DNA from: Octopus sinensis
Lineage: Eukaryota
Direction of reading: 5' to 3'
Assembly: GCF_006345805.1 (NCBI RefSeq)
Contig: NC_043002.1
Coordinates: 124,001-188,000 of the forward strand
Length of the DNA stretch: 64,000 nt
A model generated the notes under the pieces. The model was not told the origin of the DNA, searched no databases, and saw only the letters and a list, made by a program, of their open reading frames with translations. Below are positions 50,551-64,000 of this stretch, one piece after another. A program made the translations under genes and the position numbers. The number at the start of each line of letters is the position of its first letter. The stretch's first letter is position 1.

Positions 50551-50584
<34 letters not shown>

Positions 50585-51184
50585 AAAGTTATTATCATTA
50601 TTAATATTATTATTATCATTATTATTATTATTATTGTCAATATTATTATTATAATTATTATTTTCAGTATTGTTTTATTATTACTATAATTATCATTATC
50701 CTTATAATTATTATTATTATTATTACTATTACTATTACTATTACTTCTACTACTACAAATGCTATCTCAACTACTACTACTGTTACTACTACTACTAATA
50801 TTATTATTAATATTTTTATTACTATTACTATTACTATTAAACTACTACTACTACTAGTACTAATATTAATATTTTTATTACTATACTAATTTTCTTCTTA
50901 TCATTATTAATATTATTACTAATATTATTATTATATTATTATTATTATTACTATTACTATTAAACTACTACTACTACTAGTACTAATATTAATATTTTTA
51001 TTACTATACTAATTTTCTTCTTATCATTATTAATATTATTACTAATATTATTATTATTAATATTAATATTATTATTATTATTACTAAATCTACTACTACT
51101 TCTGCTACTACTACTACTACTACTACTACTACAACTACTAATACTACCATCATTATTATCATTATTACTATTATTATTTTCTTT

Positions 51185-51233
<49 letters not shown>

Positions 51234-51702
51234 TTTTATTTTTATTACTGCTACTACTAAAACTACTACTACTACTACTACTACTACTATTACTATTATT
51301 AATATTTGTTGTAGTAGAATTAGTAGTAATACTAATAGTAATAATAATCATAATAATTATAATAGTGAAAATGATAATGATAATAATAAAAATAATAAGA
51401 ATAATAGTAGTAGTAGTAGTAGTTGTAGTAGTAGTAGTAGTAGAGGTAGTAGTAGTAGTTGTAGTAGTAGTAATAGTAGTAATAGTAGTAGTTGTAGTAA
51501 TAGTAATATAAATATTAATAGTAATAGCAATTGTAATATAAATAATAATAATAATAATGATAGGAGTAGTAGTAGTAGTAGTTGTAGTAGTACATGTAGT
51601 ACTACAAGTCTTCGTAGTAGTAGTAGTAGTAATAGTAATATTAATGATAATTATAATAAAAAGTATTAGTCATAATAGTAGTAGTAGCATAAGTAATAGT
51701 AA

Positions 51703-51733
<31 letters not shown>

Positions 51734-51877
51734 TGTTGTTGTTGTAGTAGTTGCATTAGTAGGAGTAGTAGTCGTAGTAGTAATAACGATGATAATAGTA
51801 GTAATAATGAAAATAATAATAATAATAATAATAATAAGGATAATGATAATGCTAATGTTAATAATAACGATAATAAT

Positions 51878-51926
<49 letters not shown>

Positions 51927-52257
51927 GAAGTTCGTGTAGTAGTAGTCGTAGTTGTAGGAGTAGTACTAGTAATAGTAATAGTAATAATAATGATATTAAT
52001 AATAATATTCAGTGTAATAATAATAATAATAGTAATAATAATAATGGTAATAATAGTGGTAGTAGTAGTAGTTGCAATAGTTGTGGCAGAAGCAGTAGTA
52101 GTTGTAGTCATAATAATACTAGTAATAATAATAATATTAATAATAATAATATTAGTAATAATAATAACAATAATGATAATAGTATTAGTAGTAGTAATAC
52201 TAGAAGTAGCAGTAGTAGTAGTAGCACTAGTAGTAGTTGTAGTAGAAGTAGTAGTAA

Positions 52258-52290
<33 letters not shown>

Positions 52291-52375
52291 GTAATAATAA
52301 AAATATTATTAATAATAATGATAATAAAAAAAAAATAATAATAATACTATTAGCAGTAGCATTAGTAGTAGTTGA

Positions 52376-52413
<38 letters not shown>

Positions 52414-52730
52414 CAGTAATAGTAATAGTAATAATAACAATGATAATAATAATAATATACTAATAATACTATTAAAAATAATGATAATAATAATAATAGT
52501 AGTAGTAGTAGTAGAAGTTGTTGTAGTAATAGAAATATTAGGATTAGTACTATTTGTTGTAGTATTAGTTATATTAATAGTAATAATCATTCTAATAATT
52601 ATAATGATAATTATAATAATACCAACAATAATAATTGTAGTAATTGTATAGTAGTAATACTGGTTCTAGTACTAATAGTGGTAGTGGTAATAGTAATAGT
52701 AATAATAATAGTAATAGTAATAATAATAAT

Positions 52731-52779
<49 letters not shown>

Positions 52780-52810
52780 TAATAATTATAATAACAATAA
52801 TAATGATAAT

Positions 52811-52841
<31 letters not shown>

Positions 52842-52994
52842 TTTACCAGAGTAGTAGTTGTAGTAGTAGTAGTCGTAGTAGTAATAGTAATAGTAATAAT
52901 AATAGAAATATTAATAGTAATGCTAATAGCAATGATAATAATAATTATAATGATAATGATAATGTTAATAATAATAATGATAATAATAGTAGTT

Positions 52995-53039
<45 letters not shown>

Positions 53040-53724
53040 ATAGTATTAGTAGTGGTAGTAGTAGTAGTAGTAATATTAATAGTAATATTAATACTGAAGT
53101 GATCATTATAATAATTATTATAATAATAATGATAGTAGTAGCAATAGTAGTAGTAGTAGTACTAGTAGTAACAGTAATAATAATAGTAATGGTAATAGTA
53201 ATATTAATAATAACAATAATAATAATATTTATATTTTTAACAGTAATAATAGTAGTAGTAGTTGTTGTAGTAGTAATAATATTAGAAAGAGTAATAGTAA
53301 TAACAATAATAATGATAATGATAATAATAATAGTAATAATAATAATAGTATTAGTAGTAGTAGTGGTAGCATTTTCTGTAGTTGTAATAATAATAATGAT
53401 AGTAGTAGTAGTAGTAGTAGTAGTTCTAGTAAAAATAGCAATGATAATAATAATAATAATAATAAAAATTATGAGAGTAGAAGTAGTAGCAGTAGTAGCA
53501 GTAGTATTAGTAGTAGTAGTAGTAGTAATAGTAAGTGTAATAATAATAATAATAACAATAATAATAATAATAATAATGATAGGAGTAGTAGTAGTAGTAG
53601 TAGTTGTAGTAGTACATGTAGTACTACAAGTCTTCGTAGTAGTAGTAGTAGTAATAGTAATATTAATGATAATTATAATAAAAAGTATTAGTCATAATAG
53701 TAGTAGTAGCATAAGTAATAGTAA

Positions 53725-53755
<31 letters not shown>

Positions 53756-53899
53756 TGTTGTTGTTGTTGTAGTAGTTGCATTAGTAGGAGTAGTAGTCGT
53801 AGTAGTAATAACGATGATAATAGTAGTAATAATGAAAATAATAATAATAATAATAATAAGGATAATGATAATGCTAATGTTAATAATAACGATAATAAT

Positions 53900-53942
<43 letters not shown>

Positions 53943-54282
53943 GAAGTTCGTGTAGTAGTAGTCGTAGTTGTAGGAGTAGTACTAGTAATAGTAATAGTAA
54001 TAATAATGATATTAATAATAATATTCAGTGTAATAATAATAATAATAGTAATAATAATAATGGTAATAATAGTGGTAGTAGTAGTAGTTGCAATAGTTGT
54101 GGCAGAAGCAGTAGTAGTTGTAGTCATAATAATACTAGTAATAATAATAATATTAATAATAATAATATTAGTAATAATAATAACAATAATGATAATAGTA
54201 TTAGTAGTAGTAGTAGTAGTAATACTAGAAGTAGCAGTAGTAGTAGTAGCACTAGTAGTAGTTGTAGTAGAAGTAGTAGTAA

Positions 54283-54315
<33 letters not shown>

Positions 54316-54401
54316 GTAATAATAAAAATATTATTAATAATAATGATAATAAAAAAAAAAATAATAATAATACTATTAGCAGTAGCATTAGTAGTAGTTG
54401 A

Positions 54402-54433
<32 letters not shown>

Positions 54434-54760
54434 CAGTAATAGTAATAGTAATAATAACAATGATAATAATAATAATATACTAATAATACTATTAAAAATA
54501 ATGATAATAATAATAATAGTAGTAGTAGTAGTAGAAGTTGTTGTAGTAATAGAAATATTAGGATTAGTACTATTTGTTGTAGTATTAGTTATATTAATAG
54601 TAATAATCATTCTAATAATTATAATGATAATTATAATAATACCAACAATAATAATTGTAGTAATTGTATAGTAGTAATACTGGTTCTAGTACTAATAGTG
54701 GTAGTGGTAATAGTAATAGTAATAATAATAGTAATAGTAATAATAATAATAAATATAATT

Positions 54761-54797
<37 letters not shown>

Positions 54798-55000
54798 TAA
54801 TAATTATAATAACAATAATAATGATAATATTAATAATAATAATAATAATAATAATATTTACCAGAGTAGTAGTTGTAGTAGTGGTCGTAGTAGTAATAGT
54901 AATAATAATAGAAATATTAATAGTAATGCTAATAGCAATGATAATAATAATTATAATGATAATGATAATGTTAATAATAATAATGATAATAATAGTAGTT

Positions 55001-55048
<48 letters not shown>

Positions 55049-56344
55049 ATAGTATTAGTAGTGGTAGTAGTAGTAGTAGTAATATTAATAGTAATATTAA
55101 TACTGAAGTGATCATTATAATAATTATTATAATAATAATGATAGTAGTAGCAATAGTAGTAGTAGTAGTACTAGTAGTAACAGTAATAATAATAGTAATG
55201 GTAATAGTAATATTAATAATAACAATAATAATAATATTTATATTTTTAACAGTAATAATAGTAGTAGTAGTAGTGTAGTAGTAGTAGTAATATTAATAGT
55301 AATAGCAATTGTAATATAATAATAATAATAATGATAATAATAATAGTAATAATAATAATAGTATTAGTAGTAGTAGTGGTAGCATTTTCTGTAGTTGTAA
55401 TAATAATAATGATAGTAGTAGTAGTAGTAGTAGTAGTTCTAGTAAAAATAGCAATGATAATAATAATAATAATAATAAAAATTATGAGAGTAGAAGTAGT
55501 AGCAGTAGTAGCAGTAGTATTAGTAGTAGTAGTAGTAGTAATAGTAAGTATAATAATAATAATAATAACAATAATAATAATAATAATAAAATTAATATTA
55601 TTAATAGTAATCATAATAGTAGTAGTAGTAGTAGTGGTAGTAATAGTAAAAGAAATAGTAATAATAATTATTATAATAATGATTATAACAAAAATAATAA
55701 TAATGATAATGATAATGAAAATGCAAATAATAATAATAATATTAATAATAATGATTATAATATTACTAATAATAATAATAGTAGTAGGAGTATTTGTAAT
55801 AGTAATAGTATTAATAATAATAATAACAATAATAATATAATAATAATAATAGTAGTAGTAGTAGTAGTAGTAATAGTAGTCGCAGTAGTAGTAGTAATAC
55901 TAATAGTAATATCAATAGTAATAGTAAAAATAATAATTATTATATTAGCAGTAGTAGTAGTAGTAGTATTAGTAATAGTAGGAAGAGGAAGAGTAATAGT
56001 AATACTAATAATAATTTTATTTATAGTAATGATATTAATAGTAGTTGTAGTAGTAGTAGTTGTAATAGTAGAAGTAGTAGTAGCACTAGTATTAATATTA
56101 ATAGTAATAGTCATAGTAATAATTATGATAATAATTATAATAATAATAACAATAATAGTACTAGTATTAGTTGTAGTACTAGTAGTAGTACTAGTAATAG
56201 TTGTAGTAGTAGTAGTAATAGTTATAGTTGAAATAATAGTTATAGTAATAGTAATAATAATAATGATATTGATAATGATAATAATAAAAATATTAATGAT
56301 AGCATTAGTAGTAGTAGTAGTAGCAGTAGTAGTATTAATAATAA

Positions 56345-56376
<32 letters not shown>

Positions 56377-56456
56377 TTAGTAGTATTACTAAAAATTGTA
56401 GTAGTAGCGATAATAATAATAATAATGATAATATTAATAATAATAGTAGTAGTAGT

Positions 56457-56514
<58 letters not shown>

Positions 56515-56602
56515 TTTGTAGTAGTATTACTAATAGTAATAGTAATAGTAACAGTAATAATAATAATAACGATAATAATAATAATAATACTAGTAAAAAT
56601 AT

Positions 56603-56640
<38 letters not shown>

Positions 56641-57186
56641 ATAGTAATAATAATGATACTAATAATAATATTAATAAAAATAATAATAATTGTAATGATA
56701 ATAATAATAATAATTATTATTATTATTATTATTATTGTAGTAGTATTAGTATTAGAAATAGTATTAATAATAGTAAGTAGTACTATAAATAGTATTATCA
56801 ATAGTAATAGTAATAGTAATAATAATAGTAGAAGTAGTAATTGTAGTAGTCGTAGTAATAGTAGTAATATTAGTAGTAGTAGTAGTTGTAGTAGTAGTAG
56901 TAATGATAGTAATAATAATCATAATAATAATGATAATTATAATGATAAAGTTAATGATAAATATAATAATAATAATGATAATAGTAGTAGTAACAGTAGT
57001 TGTAGTAGTAGTGTAGTAGTAGTAGTAGTTGTTGTATTAATAATAATAAAAATAATAATAGTAGTAGTAGTGGTAGTATTGGTAGTTGTAGTAGATGTAG
57101 TTATAGTAATTGTAATATAAAGAATAATTGTAATATTAATAATAATAATAATGATATTAGTAGTATTAGTAGTAGTAGTAGTGTTT

Positions 57187-57221
<35 letters not shown>

Positions 57222-57228
57222 GGTGGTG

Positions 57229-57265
<37 letters not shown>

Positions 57266-57279
57266 AAGTAGAAGTAGTG

Positions 57280-57338
<59 letters not shown>

Positions 57339-57446
57339 AGTAGTAGTAGTAGTAGGAGTAGTAGTAGTAGTAGGAGTAGTAGTAGTATTAATAATCATAG
57401 TAATAGTCATTGTAATAATTATGATAATAATTATAATAATATTAAC

Positions 57447-57477
<31 letters not shown>

Positions 57478-58100
57478 ATACTAATAGTAATATCAATAGT
57501 AATAGTAATAATAATAATTATTATATTAGCAGTAGTAATAGTGGTAATAGTAGTAGTAGTAGGAGTAGTAGTAGTAGTATTAGTAGTAGTAGTAGTTGTA
57601 ATAGTAGAAGTCGGAGTAGTAGTATTAATAATCATAGTAATAGTCATTGTAATAATTATGATAATAATTATAATAATATTAACAGTAGTAGTCGTAGTTG
57701 TAGTAGTAGTAGTAGTAGTAGTAGTACTAGTAATAGTAGTAGTAGTAGTAATAGTAATAGTAATAATAATAGTAATAGTAATAGTAATAATATTAATAAT
57801 AATGTTAATAATAATGATGATAATAATAATAATAATAATAATATTAATGATAGTATTAGTAGTAGTAGTAGTAGCAGTAGGAGTAATAATAATAATAGTA
57901 GTAGTAATAGTAATAGTAATAGTAATAGTAATAATAATAATAATATTAATAATAATAATAATGATAATAGTAATATTAGTCGTAGTATTAGTGTTTGTAG
58001 TAGTAGTAGTAGTAATACTAATAGTAATAATAATAATAATAATAATAGTAATAATAATAATAATAATAATAAAATTAGTAGTAGTAGTAGTAGTAGTAAT

Positions 58101-58132
<32 letters not shown>

Positions 58133-58332
58133 GGATAATGATATTGATATTGATAATGATAATGATAATAATAATAATATTAATAATAGTTATAATTATA
58201 ATAATGATAGTAGTAGTAGTATTAGGAGTAGTTGTAGTAGTAGTAGTAGCAGAAGTAGTAGTAGTTTAATAATAATAATAATGATGAAAATAATATTATT
58301 AATAATAATAATATTAGTAATAATAATAATAA

Positions 58333-58366
<34 letters not shown>

Positions 58367-59074
58367 CGTAGTTGTTGTAGTAGTATTAGTAGTAGTAGTA
58401 GTAGTAGTAATAATAATTATAATAATAATAATATTGATAATAATAATAATAATAATGATAATAATAGTAGTATTAGTAGTAGTAGTAGTAGTAGTAATAT
58501 TGATAGTAATAGTAATAGTAATAATAATATTAATATTGATAATTATAATGATAATAATAATTATAATAATAATAATAATAATAATAATATTTTTATTGTA
58601 GCAGTAGTAGTTGTAGTAGTAATAGTAATATTAATAGTAATAGATTAATAGTAATTGTAATAGTAATATTAATAACCATAATAATCATAATGATAATAAT
58701 ATTAATAGTAGTAGCAGTAGTAGTAGTAGTAGTAGTACTAATAATAATAATAATAATAATTATGATAATAATAATATTAATAATTATAATAAGAGTAGTA
58801 GTAGTAGTAGCAGTAATAGTAATAGTAACAATAATAATGATAATGTTAAAGATAATGATTATAATAGTAGTAGTAGTAGTAATAATAATAATAATAGTAT
58901 TAGTTGTAGTAGTAATAGTAATATTAATAATGATAATAATATTAATAATAATTGTAGTAGTAGCAATATTAGTAATATTATTAGTATTAGTAATATCAAT
59001 AGTAATAATAATAATAATATAATAGTAGTAGTAGTATTCGTTATAGTAATAGTATTAATAATAATAATAATAGC

Positions 59075-59105
<31 letters not shown>

Positions 59106-59771
59106 ATACTAATAGTAATATCAATAGTAATAGTAATAGTAATAATAATAATTATTATATTAGCAGTAGTAATAGTAGTAGTAGTAGTAGTAGTAGTTGT
59201 AATGGTTGAAGTTGGAGTAGTAGTATTAATAATCATAGTAATAGTCATAGTAATAATTATGATAATAATTATAATAATATTAATAGTAGTAGTAGTAGTT
59301 GTAGTAGTAGTACTAGTACTTGTAATAGTAGTAGTAGTAGTAATAGTAATAGTAATAATAATAGTAATAGTAATAGTAATAATATTAATAATAATGATAA
59401 TGATAATGATGATAATAATAATAATAATATTAATGATAGTATTAGTAGTAGTAGTAGTGGCAGTAGTAGTAATAATAATAATAGTAGTAGTAATAGTAAT
59501 AGTAATAGTAATAATAATAATAATAATATTAATAATAATAATAATGAAAATAGTATTATTAGTCGTAGTAGTAGTGTTTGTAGTAGTAGTAGTAGTAATA
59601 CTAATAGTAATAATAATAATAATAATAATAGTAATAATAATAATAATAATAATAAAAGTAGTATTAGTAAGGATAATGATATTGATATTGATAATGATAA
59701 TGATAATAATAATAATATTAATAATAGTTATAATTATAATAATGATAGTAGTAGTGGTATTAGGAGTAGTT

Positions 59772-59805
<34 letters not shown>

Positions 59806-60013
59806 CAGAAGTAGTAGTAGTTTAATAATAATAATAATAATGATGAATATAATATTATTAATAATATTAGTAATAATAATAATAATGGTAGTAGTAGTAG
59901 TAATAATAGTCGTAGTAGTCGTAGTAGTAGTAATAATAGTCGTAGTAGTCGTAGTAGTAGTAATAATAATAGTAGTAGTAGTAGTAGTAGTAGTAGTTAG
60001 TAGTAGTAGTAAC

Positions 60014-60049
<36 letters not shown>

Positions 60050-60235
60050 TGTAATAATAATAATAATAATAATAATATTGATAATAATAATAATAATAAT
60101 GATAATAATAGTAGTATTAGTCGTAGTAGTAGTAGTACTAGTAGTGGTAGTAGTAGTAATATTGATAGTAATAGTAATAGTAATAATGATATTAATATTG
60201 ATAATTATAATTATAATAATAATGATAATGATAAT

Positions 60236-60278
<43 letters not shown>

Positions 60279-61163
60279 ATAATAATAATCATAATAATAA
60301 TAATAATTATTATAATAATAATTATAATAATAATAATATTTTTATCGTAGCGGTAGTAGTTGTAGTAGTAATAGTAATATTAATAGTAATAGATTAATAG
60401 TAATTGTAATAGCAATATTAATAACAATAATAATCATAATGATAATAATATTAATAGTAGTAGCAGTAGTAGTAGTAGTAGTAGTAATAATAATAATAAT
60501 AATAATAATTATGATAATAATAATATTAATAATTATAATAAGAGTAGTAGTAGTAGTAGCAGTAATAGTAATAGTAACAATAATAATGATAATGTTAATG
60601 ATAATGATAATAATAATAGTAGTAGTAGTAGTAGTAGTAAAAGTAATAGAAATAATAATAGTAATAGTAATAATAATAATAATAGTACTAGTTGTAGTTG
60701 TAATAGTAATATTAATAATGATAATAATATTAATAATAATTGTAGTAGTAGCAGTATTAGTAATATTATTAGTATTAGTAATATCAATAGTAATAATAAT
60801 ATAATAGTAGTAGTAGTCATTGTAGTAGTCGTAGTAATAGTAGTAATATTAGTAGTAGTAGTTGTAGTATTAGTGATAGTAATAATAATCATAATAATAA
60901 TTATGATAGTAGTATTAGTAGTAGTTGTTGTATTAATAATAATAATAATAATAGTAGTAGTAGTGGTAGTAGTGTTAGTAGTAGTAGTAGTAGTAGTAGT
61001 AGTTGTAGTAATAGTAATAGTAATTGTAATAAGAATAATAATTGTAATAGTAATAGTAATAATAATAATATTAATAATAATATTGATAATAATAATAATG
61101 ATGATAGTAGTATTTGTAGTAGTAGTAATGTTTGTAGTAGTAGTAGTAGTAGTAATACAAAGT

Positions 61164-61205
<42 letters not shown>

Positions 61206-61286
61206 GTAATAATAATTAGTTTAATAATAATAATAAAAGTAGTAGTAGTACTAATAGTAATAATAATAAGGATAATGATATTGATA

Positions 61287-61319
<33 letters not shown>

Positions 61320-61484
61320 GTAATAATAGTAATAATTGTAATAATGATTGTAGTAGTAGTATTAGGAGTAGTAGTAGTAGTAGTAGTAGCAGAAGTAGTA
61401 GTATTATAATAATAATAATAATAATAATGATAATAATATTATTAATAATAATAATATTAGTAATAATAATAATAATAATAATAA

Positions 61485-61521
<37 letters not shown>

Positions 61522-61944
61522 TGTAGTAGTATTAGTAGTAGTAGTATTAGTAGTAGTAGTAGTAAAAATTGTAATAGTAATAGTAAGAATAAGTATAATA
61601 GTAGTAGTTGTAGTAGTAGTAATGCTAGTAGTAATAATAATAATAATAATAATAATATTGATAATAATAATAATGATAATAATATTGATAATAATAATAA
61701 TAATAATGATAATAATAGTAGTTTTAATAGTAGTAGTAGTAGCAGTAATAATAGTAATATTGATAGTAATAGTAATAGTAATAATAATAATATTTATAAT
61801 GATAATTATAATGATAATGATAATGATAATTATAATAACAATAATAATAATAATAATAATAATAATTATAATTATAATAATATATATAACAATAATAATA
61901 ATAAAAATAATAATAACAATATTATTCATAATAATAATAATTAT

Positions 61945-61978
<34 letters not shown>

Positions 61979-62137
61979 GAAATAATAATAATATTTATCG
62001 TAGTGGTAGTAGTGGTAGTAGTAATAGTAATATTAATAGTAATAGAAATATTAATAATAATAGTAATAGTAATATTAATAACAATAATATTTATAATGAT
62101 AATAATATTAATAGTAGTAGCAGTAGTATTAGTAGTT

Positions 62138-62186
<49 letters not shown>

Positions 62187-62194
62187 TAATAATA
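49274..62194. repeat. Compound cryptic (AAT)n/(AGT)n low-complexity tract with kb-scale internal duplications
   Basis: Directly visible; 50036-51305 is in the opposite (ATT/ACT) orientation. Confidence 0.97.
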
Positions 62195-62751
62195 CTGCCC
62201 TGATGCAGTTCCAGGCAGTGGCTCTCATGGCTTCTGATCTTAACTGATTGGAAGTGTTATCACGTACATTGTTTTGTCTTGCTATAAAAGATGGGCTGCA
62301 GCAAACATTCTGCTCAATACCACAGATTTGCTTGTCAGTTGTTTGACCATAACCAGTTGAGCATGTCCCTTAGTGGCTGACAATACGTGCATCTCTGATC
62401 ATGAGCAGAAGTAGTGGGGGAGCATCATAGCCATGTGTTGAGAGGGATTCTTTGGGGTTTGAATAATTCACCTGTGGAAACATGGGTGGTTCTTTCAACA
62501 TCCTTAAAGCAAATCTTATTCAGGGACATTTTGAGTGGGATGGGTTACTCAACCTGAAGAAAATTCTAACTGGGCCCCACCTGCAAGGTCATGTGCTGTT
62601 TATCTTGATATGAGATCACCATGTCACGCACATATGGTTGTGATGCATGTGCCTGGTGTACCTTTATCAGACGGGTAGTCATGATGGGTATATTGGGCTT
62701 CGTATATTTTACCCCAGTGTCACTTTGATGGCATGCACTGCTCTCTCACTC
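62195..62751 (+). mobile_element. ~560-bp non-coding interspersed element embedded in (AAT)n, family unassigned
   Basis: Complex sequence with sharp borders inside the microsatellite, ending ctctctcactc-(AAT)n; no long ORF. Confidence 0.55.
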
Positions 62752-62838
62752 AATAATAATAATAATAATAATTATAATAAGAGTAGTAGTAGTAGTAGTA
62801 TAGTAGTAGTAGTAGTATAGTAGTAGTAGTAGTAATAG

Positions 62839-62870
<32 letters not shown>

Positions 62871-62932
62871 GTAGTAGTATTAGTAGTAGTAGTAGTACTA
62901 GTAGTAGTAGTACTAGTAGTAGTAGTAATAGT

Positions 62933-63600
62933 TTCTTTATTGGCCACACAGGGCTGCACACTGATGGGACATGTTACAAGGTAGAGCTTTTCTTTTGGGG
63001 GATGAAAAAAAGGGGGCGGCGTAGGTCTTCGATCAAGAGGGATCGTAAAAGGGAGGAAAAGAACAAAAAAAAAATAAAAAATGAAAAAAATAAATATAAT
63101 AAAAAATAAAAAGAATAAAAAAAAGAAAGGGAAAAGGAACAAAAGAAAAGAGAAATGAAAAAAGAAGAAAAAGGGGAAAAAAAGGGAAAGAGGAAAAAAG
63201 AAAGAAAGATCAATAGGGATCGTGTATCACAGTGTTATGATATATGGTGTAAAGGGGAAAGCAAGTAAGGTTTATCCGTGGGAAGAAAAGCCTACGAAAA
63301 AGACCACGGTAACCTTGGTCAATATTATTATATGTTACCACATTTGTTTGCAAGTGGGTAACCCTCTGTTTTCAATTTCTGGGTTCATAGGATTATGCTC
63401 AAGGTGGCTTCGTCATTCATACGTGCCATCCTTGCTACATTCACCCATCTTTTTTTAAAACATTCGCTAGACAAAACTTGCCTCTCTACTCTCACTTTCC
63501 TTTTCAAGTGGTACTTGAAGAAGTTGATGAGAGATTGACCAGAGAGGAAAGTGTTTGTCTCCAATCCTTTCAGACGCGTCCACCAGATACATTCTTTCGC
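62933..63600 (-). mobile_element. 5'-truncated L1/Tx1-like LINE 3' end
   Basis: Minus ORF end 63385-63600 AKECIWWTRLKG...FKKRWVNVARM...SIIL*; pyrimidine-rich 3' UTR, AATAAA near the end; AGTAGTAATAGT on both flanks (62921-62932, 63601-63612). Confidence 0.6.
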
Positions 63601-63773
63601 AGTAGTAATAGTAATAATTATATTAGTAGTAGTACTAGTAGTAGTAATAGTAGTAATAATACTAGTAGTTGTAGTAAAAGTAATAGAAATAATAATAGTA
63701 ATAGTAATAGTAATAATAATAATAATAATAATAGTAGTAGTAGTAGTAATAGTAATAATAATGATAATAATAT

Positions 63774-63804
<31 letters not shown>

Positions 63805-63819
63805 ATTAATAATAAATAT

Positions 63820-63859
<40 letters not shown>

Positions 63860-63884
63860 GGTGGTGGTGGTGGTGGTGGTGGTG

Positions 63885-63934
<50 letters not shown>
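63601..63934 (+). repeat. (AAT)n/(AGT)n/(GGT)n microsatellite
   Basis: Directly visible. Confidence 0.95.
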
Positions 63935-64000
63935 TAAAAGCTTTGCCATCCACTGAACTGGACGGTACTGCATATTACCAAAGATAGTACCTTCTTCATC

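Noticed and set aside
49274-62194. Long poly-Ile/Val/Asn/Ser/Thr ORFs up to ~400 aa
   Set aside because: ATA/GTA and AAT/AGT frames of the microsatellite simply lack stops; there are no splice signals or domain content.

Overview
AT-rich eukaryotic genomic DNA, very probably from an octopus or related coleoid. This is inferred from the RTE-tailed and tRNA-derived SINE families and the AAT/AGT microsatellites, not from a database search. Roughly half the window is tandem repeat: a 13.6-kb array of a 23-bp unit (10168-23748), a 4.2-kb array of a 13-14-bp unit (41031-45233) and about 13 kb of compound (AAT)n/(AGT)n (49274-62194). Four spliced + strand exons (2632-2698, 7984-8039, 9872-9956, 24455-24563) join in frame with GT-AG sites. 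They encode EGF domain - short stalk - transmembrane helix - basic stop-transfer - cytoplasmic tail of a type I membrane protein, with an intron between EGF Cys4 and Cys5. Most of the remainder is decayed transposons (RTE, R4/Dong-like and other RLE LINEs, CR1-like, Tx1-like, Gypsy, Tigger/pogo, piggyBac-type and foldback MITEs, SINEs), including a nearly full-length Dong/R4-like LINE at 45328-49273. The most interesting signal lies between 35.3 and 44.2 kb: five minimal type I hammerhead-ribozyme motifs with palindromic stem III, the architecture known from Penelope-like elements. They show three different Watson-Crick versions of the tertiary 3-8 pair (C-G, U-A, G-C). One sits in a 393-bp insertion with a 15-bp target-site duplication and a 36-bp inverted repeat, and its empty site is visible elsewhere in the same satellite. 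All folds and alignments were done by eye and need computational and experimental confirmation.
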